Notes under the pieces: model-generated
Told to the model about the DNA's origin: nothing
The model's input: the letters and a program-made list of their open reading frames with translations, nothing else
The model's database searches: none
Part shown: piece by piece, positions 1-14,347 of the stretch
Layout of the letters: every line of letters starts with the position of its first letter
How positions within the stretch are numbered: position 1 is the first letter of the stretch
NCBI RefSeq assembly: GCF_964059045.1
Contig: NZ_OZ060402.1
Span: 1 to 32,000 of the forward strand
Reading direction: 5' to 3'
Source: Candidatus Saccharimonadota bacterium
GTDB lineage: Bacteria; Pseudomonadota; Gammaproteobacteria; Enterobacterales; Enterobacteriaceae
Length of the DNA: 32,000 bases
Position numbers and translations under genes: made by a program

Positions 1-215
1 ATATGCAAAACGTTTTAATATCATTTATTTATAATAAATATTATTAATTAAATAAAATATTATTAGTATTTTCATATAATCAAATATTTAATATATTTTT
101 TTATTATCATATTTTACAATTTTTTTATTTGTATATTTTTTTTTTTATTTGTATAATTCTATTAATTTTCAAGATCATAAAAATAAAAATTTTAAAAAAG
201 TAGGTTAATATATTT

Positions 216-2117
216 ATGACAAAAAATATTTTTGATGTAATTGTTATAGGAGGAGGACATGCTGGAACTGAAGCAGCATCAGCTGCTGCAAGAATGAAAA
301 AAAAAACTTTATTATTAACACAAAAAATTAATACAATAGGTTCATTATCATGTAATCCAGCAATTGGTGGAATTGGAAAAAGCCATTTAGTAAAAGAAAT
401 TGATGCATTAGGTGGTCTAATGGCTATAGTCACTGATTATGCAGGTATTCAATATAAAATATTAAACTCCAAAAAAGGACCAGCAGTAAAATCAACAAGA
501 GCACAAACAGATAGAATCTTATATCAACAAAATATGATTAGATTATTAAAAAAACAAAAAAATTTATTTATTATTGAAGATGAAGTTGAAGATTTAATAA
601 TCAAAAATGATTTTATTCAAGGTATAATCACTAAAAACAAAAAAAAAATCTATGCAATATCTGTAATATTATCTACAGGAACATTTTTAAATGGTACAAT
701 CCATATTGGATCAAATAAATTAAAAGGAGGTAGAATAGGAGATCAATCTTCTATAATTTTATCAAAACGATTAAGAGAAATGCCATTTAAAATTAATCGA
801 TTAAAAACAGGAACACCACCAAGATTAGATGGAAAAACTATTGATTATAAAAAATTAAATATTCAACATGGGGATAATCCAACACCATATTTTTCATTTA
901 TAAAAAAAAATCATAATAGACCATTACAAATACCTTGTTATATTACCAACACTAATGAAAAAACTCATGAAATTATCAGATTAAATTTTTATAAAAGTCC
1001 AATATATCAAGGTAAAATAGAAGGTATAGGACCTCGATATTGTCCTTCAATAGAAGATAAAGTTTTTCGTTTTAAAGACAAAAATAGTCATCAAATATTT
1101 TTAGAACCAGAAGGTTTAACTACTAATATTATTTATCCAAATGGAATTTCAACTAGTCTACCATTAGAAACACAAAAAGAAATAATTAATTCTATTGTAG
1201 GTTTAGAAAAAACTAAAATCATTCAACCTGGTTATGCCATTGAATATGATTATTTTGATCCTAGAGATTTAAAATTAACATTAGAAAGTAAAATAATTAA
1301 TGGTTTATTTTTAGCAGGGCAAATTAATGGTACTACTGGTTATGAAGAAGCAGCTGCTCAAGGAATATTATCTGGTATAAATGCTAGTTTATATGCATCA
1401 AATTTAGAACCTTGGTTTCCAAAAAGAGAACAAGCTTACATAGGTGTTTTAATTGATGACCTTTGTAATAAAGGCACGACTGAACCATATCGTATGTTTA
1501 CATCAAGAGCTGAATACAGGTTATTATTAAGAGAAGATAATGCTGATATAAGATTAACTGAAATAGGTCAAAAACTAAATTTGATTGATGAATACAGATG
1601 GGAATATTACAATCAAAAAATAATTAAAATAAAACAAACAAAAGAAAAATTAAAAACAATGATTTTTCATCCTAATACAGAATCAACACTATATTTAAAG
1701 AATAAAAAATGTATTAATATTAAAAAAAAAATTACTGCTGAAGAATTGTTAAAAAGACCTGAAATTAACTACAAAGATCTCATGAAAATAAAATTAATAC
1801 CGAATGTTCATTATGAAACCGAAATATTAGAACAAATTGAAATAGAAATAAAATACTTAGGATATATTCGACGTCAAGAAAATGAAATAAAAAAACAAAC
1901 AAAAAATGAAAATACTAATTTATCTCCATACATCGATTATACAAAAATAGTAGGTTTATCAAAAGAAGTCATATCAAAATTAAATACTTACAAACCAATG
2001 ACTATAGGACAAGCATCTAGAATTTCTGGAATTACTCCTGCAGCAATATCAATAATATTAATTTATTTAAAAAAAATATATTTAATTAATAAATATAAAA
2101 AAAACAATAACAATTAA
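216..2117 (+). CDS. mnmG: tRNA uridine 5-carboxymethylaminomethyl modification enzyme MnmG (GidA)
   Basis: 633-aa ORF with an N-terminal FAD-binding motif ([14 protein letters not shown]). Collinear end to end with E. coli GidA/MnmG (~629 aa). Sits upstream of the atp operon as in enterobacteria. Confidence 0.97.
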   Translation: MTKNIFDVIVIGGGHAGTEAASAAARMKKKTLLLTQKINTIGSLSCNPAIGGIGKSHLVKEIDALGGLMAIVTDYAGIQYKILNSKKGPAVKSTRAQTDRILYQQNMIRLLKKQKNLFIIEDEVEDLIIKNDFIQGIITKNKKKIYAISVILSTGTFLNGTIHIGSNKLKGGRIGDQSSIILSKRLREMPFKINRLKTGTPPRLDGKTIDYKKLNIQHGDNPTPYFSFIKKNHNRPLQIPCYITNTNEKTHEIIRLNFYKSPIYQGKIEGIGPRYCPSIEDKVFRFKDKNSHQIFLEPEGLTTNIIYPNGISTSLPLETQKEIINSIVGLEKTKIIQPGYAIEYDYFDPRDLKLTLESKIINGLFLAGQINGTTGYEEAAAQGILSGINASLYASNLEPWFPKREQAYIGVLIDDLCNKGTTEPYRMFTSRAEYRLLLREDNADIRLTEIGQKLNLIDEYRWEYYNQKIIKIKQTKEKLKTMIFHPNTESTLYLKNKKCINIKKKITAEELLKRPEINYKDLMKIKLIPNVHYETEILEQIEIEIKYLGYIRRQENEIKKQTKNENTNLSPYIDYTKIVGLSKEVISKLNTYKPMTIGQASRISGITPAAISIILIYLKKIYLINKYKKNNNN

Positions 2118-2418
2118 ATTATTTATATATTATTCATAATATAAAATTATATTAATTTTTTTATTTTTTAAAATTACCAATTTAAAAAAATAAATATTTA
2201 TATATATACTATTTCAAATAATAATAATTATAAATTTATTCATAAAAATTTAAATTTTAATATATATTAAAATAAATAATATTTATTCAAAAATAATAAA
2301 AATTATTTTTTGGATAATAAATATATCAATAATTGAGTTTAAATTAAACATCTTAAATACATTTAATTAATTATTTTAAATTTAATCAAAAATATTTTTT
2401 ATCTTGATTATTTATTAA

Positions 2419-3294
<876 letters not shown>

Positions 3295-3333
3295 TTATTA
3301 TAATAATAATTTAAAATTTTATTTTTACATTAG

Positions 3334-3585
<252 letters not shown>

Positions 3586-3622
3586 TTTTATGAAAATATT
3601 TTTAATATATAAAATTATTCTT

Positions 3623-3662
3623 ATACAAATCTTTATGCTGTAAACAGCATAAAGATTTGTAT
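3623..3662 (+). terminator. Intrinsic-terminator-like hairpin between atpE and atpF (possible attenuator or 3' stabiliser)
   Basis: Perfect 18-bp stem ATACAAATCTTTATGCTG (3623-3640) / CAGCATAAAGATTTGTAT (3645-3662), loop TAAA, followed by TTTTATTT. Verified base by base. Confidence 0.5.
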
Positions 3663-3702
3663 TTTATTTAATTACATTTAATTTAATCCAAGGTAAAATA
3701 AT

Positions 3703-4173
3703 TTGAATTTAAATGCTACGATTTTAGGACAAACAATTTCGTTTATTTTTTTTGTTTGGTTTTGTATGAAATTTATTTGGCCTCCTGTAATTACAATGAT
3801 TGAAAAAAGAAAAAAAGAAATTATAGATTCTTTTAATTTGATTAAAAAAAGAAAAACAGAATTATTATTAAAAGAAAATGAAATAAAAAAAATAATAGAA
3901 CATGCTCATATAAAATCTGATGAAATTATAAAAAAAGCATATATTAGTCAGAATGATATTATTGAAAAAGCAAAAAAAAAAGCTATAAAAGAAGAACAAA
4001 AAATAATGGAAACAATGAATTTAAAATTAGAATTAAAATATAATAAAATCAATGAGGAACTACAAAAAAAAACAGGATTGTTAGCAATAATAATAGCAGA
4101 AAAAATATTAAAACGTTCTATTAATAAAAAAGACCATGAAAATCTTATTCATCAAATAATATCAAAATTTTAA
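3703..4173 (+). CDS. atpF: F0F1 ATP synthase subunit b
   Basis: 156 aa, TTG start. N-terminus MNLNATILGQ is identical to E. coli AtpF. One TM helix followed by a long charged helix. Confidence 0.94.
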   Translation: MNLNATILGQTISFIFFVWFCMKFIWPPVITMIEKRKKEIIDSFNLIKKRKTELLLKENEIKKIIEHAHIKSDEIIKKAYISQNDIIEKAKKKAIKEEQKIMETMNLKLELKYNKINEELQKKTGLLAIIIAEKILKRSINKKDHENLIHQIISKF

Positions 4174-4184
4174 GAAAAAAAATT

Positions 4185-4718
4185 GTGAATTACTATATTA
4201 CTTTATCAAGACCTTATGCAAAAGCAATTTTTAATCTTGCTATCAAAACAGATACTATACAAGATTGGAATGAACAATTATTTTTTTGTTCAGAAATTTC
4301 AAAAGAATTATTTAAAAATAAAAAATACAATAATTATTTCAATAATGAAATTTTATTTAAAATATTTGTTACAATTGGGGAAAAACATATTAATCAAAAA
4401 ACAAAAAATTTAATAAAAATCATGGCTAAAAATAAAAGATTAATATTATTTCCTAATATCTTTAATTTTTTTTGTAATCTAAAAAATAATTATAATAATA
4501 TAATTAATTTAGAAATTGTATCATCTTTTCAATTAGAATTAAAAATTTTAAATATTGTTCATGAAAGACTATTACAATATTTTTCTAAAAAAATTATTTT
4601 TAAACATACTATTGATAATAGTATTATCGGTGGGTTAATTATTAAAATAGATGATCAAATTATTGATTGTTCAATTTTAAATCAAATTAAAAAATTAAAT
4701 AACATATTAAATTTTTAA
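4185..4718 (+). CDS. atpH: F0F1 ATP synthase subunit delta
   Basis: 177 aa (same as E. coli), GTG start. The RPYAKAIF motif matches E. coli RPYAKAAF. Lies between atpF and atpA. Confidence 0.92.
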   Translation: MNYYITLSRPYAKAIFNLAIKTDTIQDWNEQLFFCSEISKELFKNKKYNNYFNNEILFKIFVTIGEKHINQKTKNLIKIMAKNKRLILFPNIFNFFCNLKNNYNNIINLEIVSSFQLELKILNIVHERLLQYFSKKIIFKHTIDNSIIGGLIIKIDDQIIDCSILNQIKKLNNILNF

Positions 4719-4732
4719 GAGAAAAATAATGT

Positions 4733-6271
4733 ATGCAATTAAATGCTATTGAAATAAGTGAATTAATACAAAAAAGAATTACTCAATTTGAAATTGAGTA
4801 TAAAATGGAAAATGAAGGAAAAATTATTTCTGTTGTTGATGGTATTATAAAAATATATGGTTTATCTCAAGTAATGCAAGGTGAAATGTTGTTAATACCA
4901 TCATGCAAAACATTTGCAATTGCTTTAAATTTAGAAAGAGATTCAGTCAGTGCTATTATTATGGGACCTTATACACATATCACTGAAAATATGACTATTA
5001 AATGTACGGGTAAAATACTAGAAGTTCCTGTAGGAGAAGAATTGCTAGGAAGAGTAGTAAATACATTAGGTGAACCAATTGATGGAAAAGGAATAATTAA
5101 TTATAAACAATTTTCTTCTGTTGAAAACCATGCTCCAAACGTCATTAACAGAAAATCTATTCATGAACCCATCCAAACTGGTTATAAATGTATAGATACT
5201 ATTATTCCTATTGGAAAAGGTCAAAGAGAATTAATTATAGGAGATAGACAAACAGGAAAAACAACACTTGCTATAGATACAATTATTAATCAAAAAAAAA
5301 CAAATATAAAATGTATTTATGTTTCTATAGGACAAAAAATCTCTAATGTTGTAAATATTGTTGAACAATTAAAAAATCATAAAGCATTACATAATACTAT
5401 TATATTAGTAGCTTCAGCATCAGAATCAGCTGCTTTACAATATTTATCACCATATTCTGGATGTTCCATGGGTGAATATTTTAGGAATAAAGGTGAAGAC
5501 GCTTTAATAATTTATGACGATTTATCTAAACATGCTATAGCATATAGACAAATTTCTTTACTATTAAAAAGACCACCTGGACGTGAAGCATATCCTGGAG
5601 ATATATTTTATTTACATTCGCGATTATTAGAAAGATCAGCATGTATTAATGAAAATTATGTAGAAAAATTGACTAAAGGAAAAATAAAAAATAAAACAGG
5701 ATCATTAACAGCATTACCCATTATTGAAACCCAAGAAGGAGATGTTTCTGCTTTTGTACCGACTAATGTTATTTCAATTACAGATGGACAAATATTTTTA
5801 GAAAGTAATTTATTTAATTCTGGTATTAGACCAGCAGTAAATCCAGGAATTTCAGTTTCTCGGATTGGAAGTGCTGCACAAACTCAAATAATTAAAAAAT
5901 TATCTGGAGGAATTAGAACAGCATTAGCTCAATATAGAGAATTAGAAGCTTTCTCACAATTTTCTTCAGATTTAGATGATGTTACTAAAAAACAATTAAT
6001 AAATGGGCAAAAAATAACTGAATTACTAAAACAAAAACAACATATGCCATTATCTATAGCAGAACAAGCTATACTTTTATTTGCTTCAGAAAATAATTAT
6101 TTTGATGATATTGAAGTTAAAGATATTACTTTATTTGAATATAAATTATTAGAATTATTTAATGATAAACATAAACAACTAATACACAATATTAATAAAA
6201 ATGGTTTATATAATGAAGAAATAAAAAATGAATTTCATTTAATTATTAAAAAAATTAATATAAAAGAATAA
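4733..6271 (+). CDS. atpA: F0F1 ATP synthase subunit alpha
   Basis: 512 aa. Walker A GDRQTGKT. Long conserved blocks ([36 protein letters not shown]). Confidence 0.98.
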   Translation: MQLNAIEISELIQKRITQFEIEYKMENEGKIISVVDGIIKIYGLSQVMQGEMLLIPSCKTFAIALNLERDSVSAIIMGPYTHITENMTIKCTGKILEVPVGEELLGRVVNTLGEPIDGKGIINYKQFSSVENHAPNVINRKSIHEPIQTGYKCIDTIIPIGKGQRELIIGDRQTGKTTLAIDTIINQKKTNIKCIYVSIGQKISNVVNIVEQLKNHKALHNTIILVASASESAALQYLSPYSGCSMGEYFRNKGEDALIIYDDLSKHAIAYRQISLLLKRPPGREAYPGDIFYLHSRLLERSACINENYVEKLTKGKIKNKTGSLTALPIIETQEGDVSAFVPTNVISITDGQIFLESNLFNSGIRPAVNPGISVSRIGSAAQTQIIKKLSGGIRTALAQYRELEAFSQFSSDLDDVTKKQLINGQKITELLKQKQHMPLSIAEQAILLFASENNYFDDIEVKDITLFEYKLLELFNDKHKQLIHNINKNGLYNEEIKNEFHLIIKKINIKE

Positions 6272-6307
6272 AACAAATTTTTTAAAAACGATAATTCAGG
6301 AATCATC

Positions 6308-7180
6308 ATGGCTGTAGTAAAAGAAATAAAAAATAAAATTAATAGTATTATTAATACAAAAAAAATTACAAAAGCCATGGAAATGGTTGCTGTATCTAAA
6401 ATGAAAAAAATTCAAGAAAAATTATTTAATTGTCGTCCATATTATGAAAATTTAATTAAAGTAATCAATCATATTACTTATGCTAATTTAGAATACAAAC
6501 ATCAATATTTTCAAAAAAGAAAAGTTAAAAATATCGGAATTATAATTATTTCTACTGATAGAGGTTTATGTAGTAATTTAAATACTAATCTTTTTAAAAA
6601 AATATTATTATATATTGAAAAGTATTCAAAAAAAAATATTACATTTAAATTAATTATTTTTGGATCTAAAGGTTGGAAATTTTTTAATGATTTAAATATT
6701 AATATATTAGGTGGAATGACAGGTATTCATGAAAAAATAAATATTTCTGAATTATTAGGACATATTCATATTTTCTTAAAAGAATATAATCAAAAATCAA
6801 TTGATAAAATATCTATTGCTTATAATCATTTTTACAATACTATGATACAAAAACCCAAAATTATTAATTTATTACCAATAAATCAGACAATACAACAAGA
6901 TGCAATCACAAGATGGGATTATATATATGAACCAAATTCCAAAATATTGCTAGATACCTTGTTAAACCGATTTATTGAATCTCAAATTTATCAAAGTATT
7001 TTAGAAAATTTAACAAGTGAACAAGCAGCTAGAATGATTGCGATGAAAACAGCAACTGATAATAGTAGTAATGTAATTAAAGAATTAAAATTAATTTATA
7101 ATAAAGCACGTCAATCTTCAATAACACAAGAATTAATTGAAATTATTTCAGGTGCTTCTGTAATTTCAACTAATGAATAA
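6308..7180 (+). CDS. atpG: F0F1 ATP synthase subunit gamma
   Basis: 290 aa. N-terminal KEIKNKINSI.NT.KITKAMEMVA and C-terminal ARQSSITQELIEIISGA match the gamma subunit. Confidence 0.96.
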   Translation: MAVVKEIKNKINSIINTKKITKAMEMVAVSKMKKIQEKLFNCRPYYENLIKVINHITYANLEYKHQYFQKRKVKNIGIIIISTDRGLCSNLNTNLFKKILLYIEKYSKKNITFKLIIFGSKGWKFFNDLNINILGGMTGIHEKINISELLGHIHIFLKEYNQKSIDKISIAYNHFYNTMIQKPKIINLLPINQTIQQDAITRWDYIYEPNSKILLDTLLNRFIESQIYQSILENLTSEQAARMIAMKTATDNSSNVIKELKLIYNKARQSSITQELIEIISGASVISTNE

Positions 7181-7197
7181 AATAATTCGAGGTTTAG

Positions 7198-8583
<1,386 letters not shown>

Positions 8584-8620
8584 AAACATATAATTTGATG
8601 TATTAATACTGGAATACATT

Positions 8621-9028
8621 ATGAATTGTTATCTTAATGTTGTTAGTCTCGAAAAAAAAATCTTTTCAGGAAAGATATTAAAAATAAAAATATCCGGTAT
8701 AGAAGGAGAACTTGGAATTTATCCTGGTCATTCTCAATTGTTAACCATGATTCAACCAGGATTATTAGCCTTAACCAATATAGATAAAACAACAGAATAT
8801 ATTTATTTATCCGGTGGTATTTTAGAAATACAACCGCAATTAATTACTATTTTATCTGATACAGCAATCCGAGGAGTAGATTTAGATATTGAATTAATAA
8901 AAAAATCAAAAAAAGAAGTAGAAAAAATGATTAAAAATAATGTTAACAAAATTGATTTAAAAATAAAATTAATACAAACTATTGCAAAATTGAAAGTTAT
9001 TGAAGTGATGAAAAAATCAAAAAATTAA
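8621..9028 (+). CDS. atpC: F0F1 ATP synthase subunit epsilon
   Basis: 135 aa, last gene of the cluster. GELGIYPGH and LSGGILEIQP motifs are typical of epsilon. Confidence 0.94.
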   Translation: MNCYLNVVSLEKKIFSGKILKIKISGIEGELGIYPGHSQLLTMIQPGLLALTNIDKTTEYIYLSGGILEIQPQLITILSDTAIRGVDLDIELIKKSKKEVEKMIKNNVNKIDLKIKLIQTIAKLKVIEVMKKSKN

Positions 9029-9034
9029 AATGTT

Positions 9035-9084
9035 ATCAATGAAAGCTTTTTAATTAAAATTTTAATTAAAAAGCTTTCATTGAT
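9035..9084. terminator. 50-bp perfect palindrome, putative bidirectional terminator between convergent atpC and gyrB
   Basis: ATCAATGAAAGCTTTTTAATTAAAA|TTTTAATTAAAAAGCTTTCATTGAT. Every position pairs with its mirror (checked 9035<->9084 through 9059<->9060). Starts 6 nt after the atpC stop. Confidence 0.6.
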
Positions 9085-9236
9085 TTAAAAAATTTTAAAA
9101 AATATAAAATTTTTATGTATATATAATGAATTATATTTAATTATAATAATATTTATAATTATTTAAATTTATTATTAGTAATAAAAATTTTTTTAAAAAA
9201 TTTTAAATAAATATGATTAAATAGATTATTTTTAGA

Positions 9237-11651
<2,415 letters not shown>

Positions 11652-11854
11652 TCATACTCCTAATCAATATAAATAAAAATGATATTAATTATTTTTGTCC
11701 ACATTGTTATATTTATTTTATTATCATTTTTATGTATAATAACATTACTTATATATATATTTGTAAAGGATAAAAAATATTTTTAAAAAAAATAATAAAA
11801 TATTATCTTTAAAAAATATTTTAATGTTGTTGAAAAAAATAAAAAATAAATCAA

Positions 11855-12967
11855 TTACATTCGAATTGGCATAATAATATATTTAGAAAATGTTTTAATT
11901 GTATCTTCAATTTGAATACTAGATATTGGTATATTTAATATAAATCTAACATTATCACCTTGAATAATATTTAATACATCTAAAATATAATTTACATTAA
12001 AAGAAAATTCTATTTTTTCAAAATTATTTTGATAATGAAGATTGATAATTTCTTCAGCTAATTCATCTATTTGATTATTACTAGTAATTTTTAATTGATT
12101 ATCACTAATTATAAAAGATATACCTCTAAATTGTTCGTTACATAAAATAGCAACTCTTAATATTGAACTACGTAATAATTTTGTGTTAATTTCAATAATT
12201 TTTTTTTTATTACTCAATAAAATATTAGAATAATTAGGAAATTTTTCATCTATCAATTTTGTAGTAAATATTAAATCTTTTTTTTGAATAGATATACTTT
12301 GTTTAGTAATAAATATTTTTAACATATCCTTAGAATAATTTAAAATTTTAATTAATTCTACAACACCTATTCGAGAGATAATAATTGAAAATTCTGAAAT
12401 AAAATTTTGAAATGAAATGTTACAAATAGCTAATCTATAACCATCAGTAGTAACACTACGAATATTATTTTTTTTGATTTCAAATAACATACCATTTAAA
12501 TAGGATCTGATATCTTGTTTAGCCATGCAAAAATAAGTTGATGCAATCATATATTTTAAAAATTTTTCTTGTAGTATAAAACTAGTTTGAATCGAATTAA
12601 TGAACTTTGGAAATTTAGGAAAATTTTTACTATTTAAAGTAGATAAAGAAAAAAAAATTTTATTTGATTTTAAAATTATTTTATCATTTTTTAAATATAC
12701 TTGAATAATAGATTGAGGTGGTAATGAACGACAAATATTTAAAAATTTACGTCCAGGAATAGTTATTGTTCCAATAACATAAGGTGTGGATAAAATAATT
12801 TTAGCTATTATTTCTATTTCTAAATTAGTACTTATTAAAAATAAAAATCCTTTTGTAACATTGATTAAAATATTATTAATAATTGGAAAATCAATATTCT
12901 TACCTAATAAAATACTAATTTTTTGTACAGATTCTAACAATATTTTTTGTTCTATAGTAAATTTCAT
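11855..12967 (-). CDS. dnaN: DNA polymerase III beta sliding clamp
   Basis: 370 aa. MKFTIEQ start and C-terminal IIMPIRM resemble E. coli DnaN (MKFTVER ... VVMPMRL). Lies directly downstream of dnaA. Confidence 0.95.
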   Translation of the reverse strand: MKFTIEQKILLESVQKISILLGKNIDFPIINNILINVTKGFLFLISTNLEIEIIAKIILSTPYVIGTITIPGRKFLNICRSLPPQSIIQVYLKNDKIILKSNKIFFSLSTLNSKNFPKFPKFINSIQTSFILQEKFLKYMIASTYFCMAKQDIRSYLNGMLFEIKKNNIRSVTTDGYRLAICNISFQNFISEFSIIISRIGVVELIKILNYSKDMLKIFITKQSISIQKKDLIFTTKLIDEKFPNYSNILLSNKKKIIEINTKLLRSSILRVAILCNEQFRGISFIISDNQLKITSNNQIDELAEEIINLHYQNNFEKIEFSFNVNYILDVLNIIQGDNVRFILNIPISSIQIEDTIKTFSKYIIMPIRM

Positions 12968-12971
12968 AAAT

Positions 12972-14036
12972 TTATATTGATAATGTTTTAATTAAGTTGA
13001 AAAAGTCATTATTGATGTTATGATTTTTTTGTATTAATTGTTCTATAGTTCTACATGCATGTAAAACTGTTGTATGATCACGTCCTCCAAAAGCATTACC
13101 AATTTCTGATAAACTGTAATTAGTTAATTTTTTTGTAATAGCCATTGCAATTTGTCTAGATAAAACTATTGATCTTAAACGTTTTTTAGATAATAAATCA
13201 GTTAATTTAATTTGATAATATTTTGATACCATTTTTTGAATGATATCAATAGTTACTATTTGTGTTTTATTAAATAAATTGTATAATATTTTTTGAACAA
13301 AATTAATTGTAATTTTTTTATGATTAAAAATAGATTTTATAATAATTGTATTAATTATTATTTCTAAGTCTCTGACATTAGAATGTAATTTTTTAGCTAT
13401 AAAATAAGCTACATCTTTTGATAATAAAATATTTTTTTCATAAGCTTTATGAATGAGAATAGACATTCTAGTATTTAACTCAGGTGGATTGATTGCTATA
13501 ACTAAATCAAAGTTAAATTTTAATTTTAAAAAATCTTCTATTCCTTTAATTTCTTTAGGATAACAATTAGCAGTTAAAATAATTTGTTGATTTCCTTGTA
13601 GTAAAGTATAAAATGTATGAAAAAATTCTTCTTTGCATTTTTCTTTATCTGAAAAATATTGAACGTCATCAATTAAAAAAAAATCTACTGATTTATAATA
13701 ATTTTTTAATCGATCAATTATTTTATATTTTAATGCATAAATTATATTTTTAATAAATAATTTGGAATTAATATATATAATTTTAGCATTTTTTTTATTT
13801 AAAATAACATTATTTGTTACCGCATTTAATAAATGTGTTTTACCTAAACCAGTTTTACTATATAAAAACAAAGGATTGTATTTTTTTCCAATATTGTTTG
13901 CAATTTGATATGTTATAGAACGTGCTAAATGATTAGATTTTCCTTCTACAAAATTATCAAAATTATAGTTTTTGTTAATATTTGAACAATAAGATAAATT
14001 TAATTGAGATTGATTAATATGAATTTGATTTATCAT
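12972..14036 (-). CDS. dnaA: DnaA fragment 2: AAA+ domain III and DNA-binding domain IV (gene interrupted by a frameshift, see findings)
   Basis: 354 aa. FDNFVEGKSN, Walker A GLGKTHLL, Walker B LIDDVQ, C-terminal GGRDHTTVLHACR helix-turn-helix. Collinear with roughly E. coli DnaA residues 115-467. Its ATG overlaps the TGA of the upstream fragment (ATGA). Confidence 0.9.
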   Translation of the reverse strand: MINQIHINQSQLNLSYCSNINKNYNFDNFVEGKSNHLARSITYQIANNIGKKYNPLFLYSKTGLGKTHLLNAVTNNVILNKKNAKIIYINSKLFIKNIIYALKYKIIDRLKNYYKSVDFFLIDDVQYFSDKEKCKEEFFHTFYTLLQGNQQIILTANCYPKEIKGIEDFLKLKFNFDLVIAINPPELNTRMSILIHKAYEKNILLSKDVAYFIAKKLHSNVRDLEIIINTIIIKSIFNHKKITINFVQKILYNLFNKTQIVTIDIIQKMVSKYYQIKLTDLLSKKRLRSIVLSRQIAMAITKKLTNYSLSEIGNAFGGRDHTTVLHACRTIEQLIQKNHNINNDFFNLIKTLSI

Positions 14037-14347
14037 AAAATTATTTTTTTTTTTATTTTAATTGATTTTTCTTTTTCTTTATTTAAAATTTCTTGAATAA
14101 TTTTAATTTTTAATAAAGGATGATTAGGTCCAAAATAACTATAAAGTAATTGATTAAAATCATGAAGATATTTTTTCTTAATCCAATCTAAAACAAATTG
14201 ATTTGGAGCATATAATTCAAATATATTATTATTTATTAATTGAGCTTTTAATGGTCTAATCCACATACTAAATTCAATTGGTGACAATTTATTTTTCAAA
14301 ATAGTTAAAAAATATTTCCAAATATATAATGACACAATATTCTCCAT
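14033..14347 (-). CDS. dnaA: DnaA fragment 1: domain I plus start of the domain II linker
   Basis: 104 aa. EFSMWIRPL and LYAPNQFVLDWI match E. coli DnaA domain I (EFSMWIRPL, LYAPNRFVLDWV). Ends KKKIIL-stop just after an A11 run (plus-strand T11 at 14044-14054). Confidence 0.9.
   Translation of the reverse strand: MENIVSLYIWKYFLTILKNKLSPIEFSMWIRPLKAQLINNNIFELYAPNQFVLDWIKKKYLHDFNQLLYSYFGPNHPLLKIKIIQEILNKEKEKSIKIKKKIIL

Noticed and set aside
125-433. 102-aa minus-strand ORF from the track
   Set aside because: It lies antisense to the highly conserved FAD-binding 5' end of mnmG and has a low-complexity, Ile/Phe/Lys-rich translation. It is a shadow ORF.
4216-4413. 65-aa plus-strand ORF inside atpH
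   Set aside because: It is out of frame within a well-supported atpH and has a low-complexity K/I/L composition.
14257-14265. 8/9 DnaA-box match TAATCCACA inside dnaA domain I
   Set aside because: The string is forced by the conserved MWIRP codons (ATG TGG ATT AGA CCA on the coding strand), so it needs no regulatory explanation.
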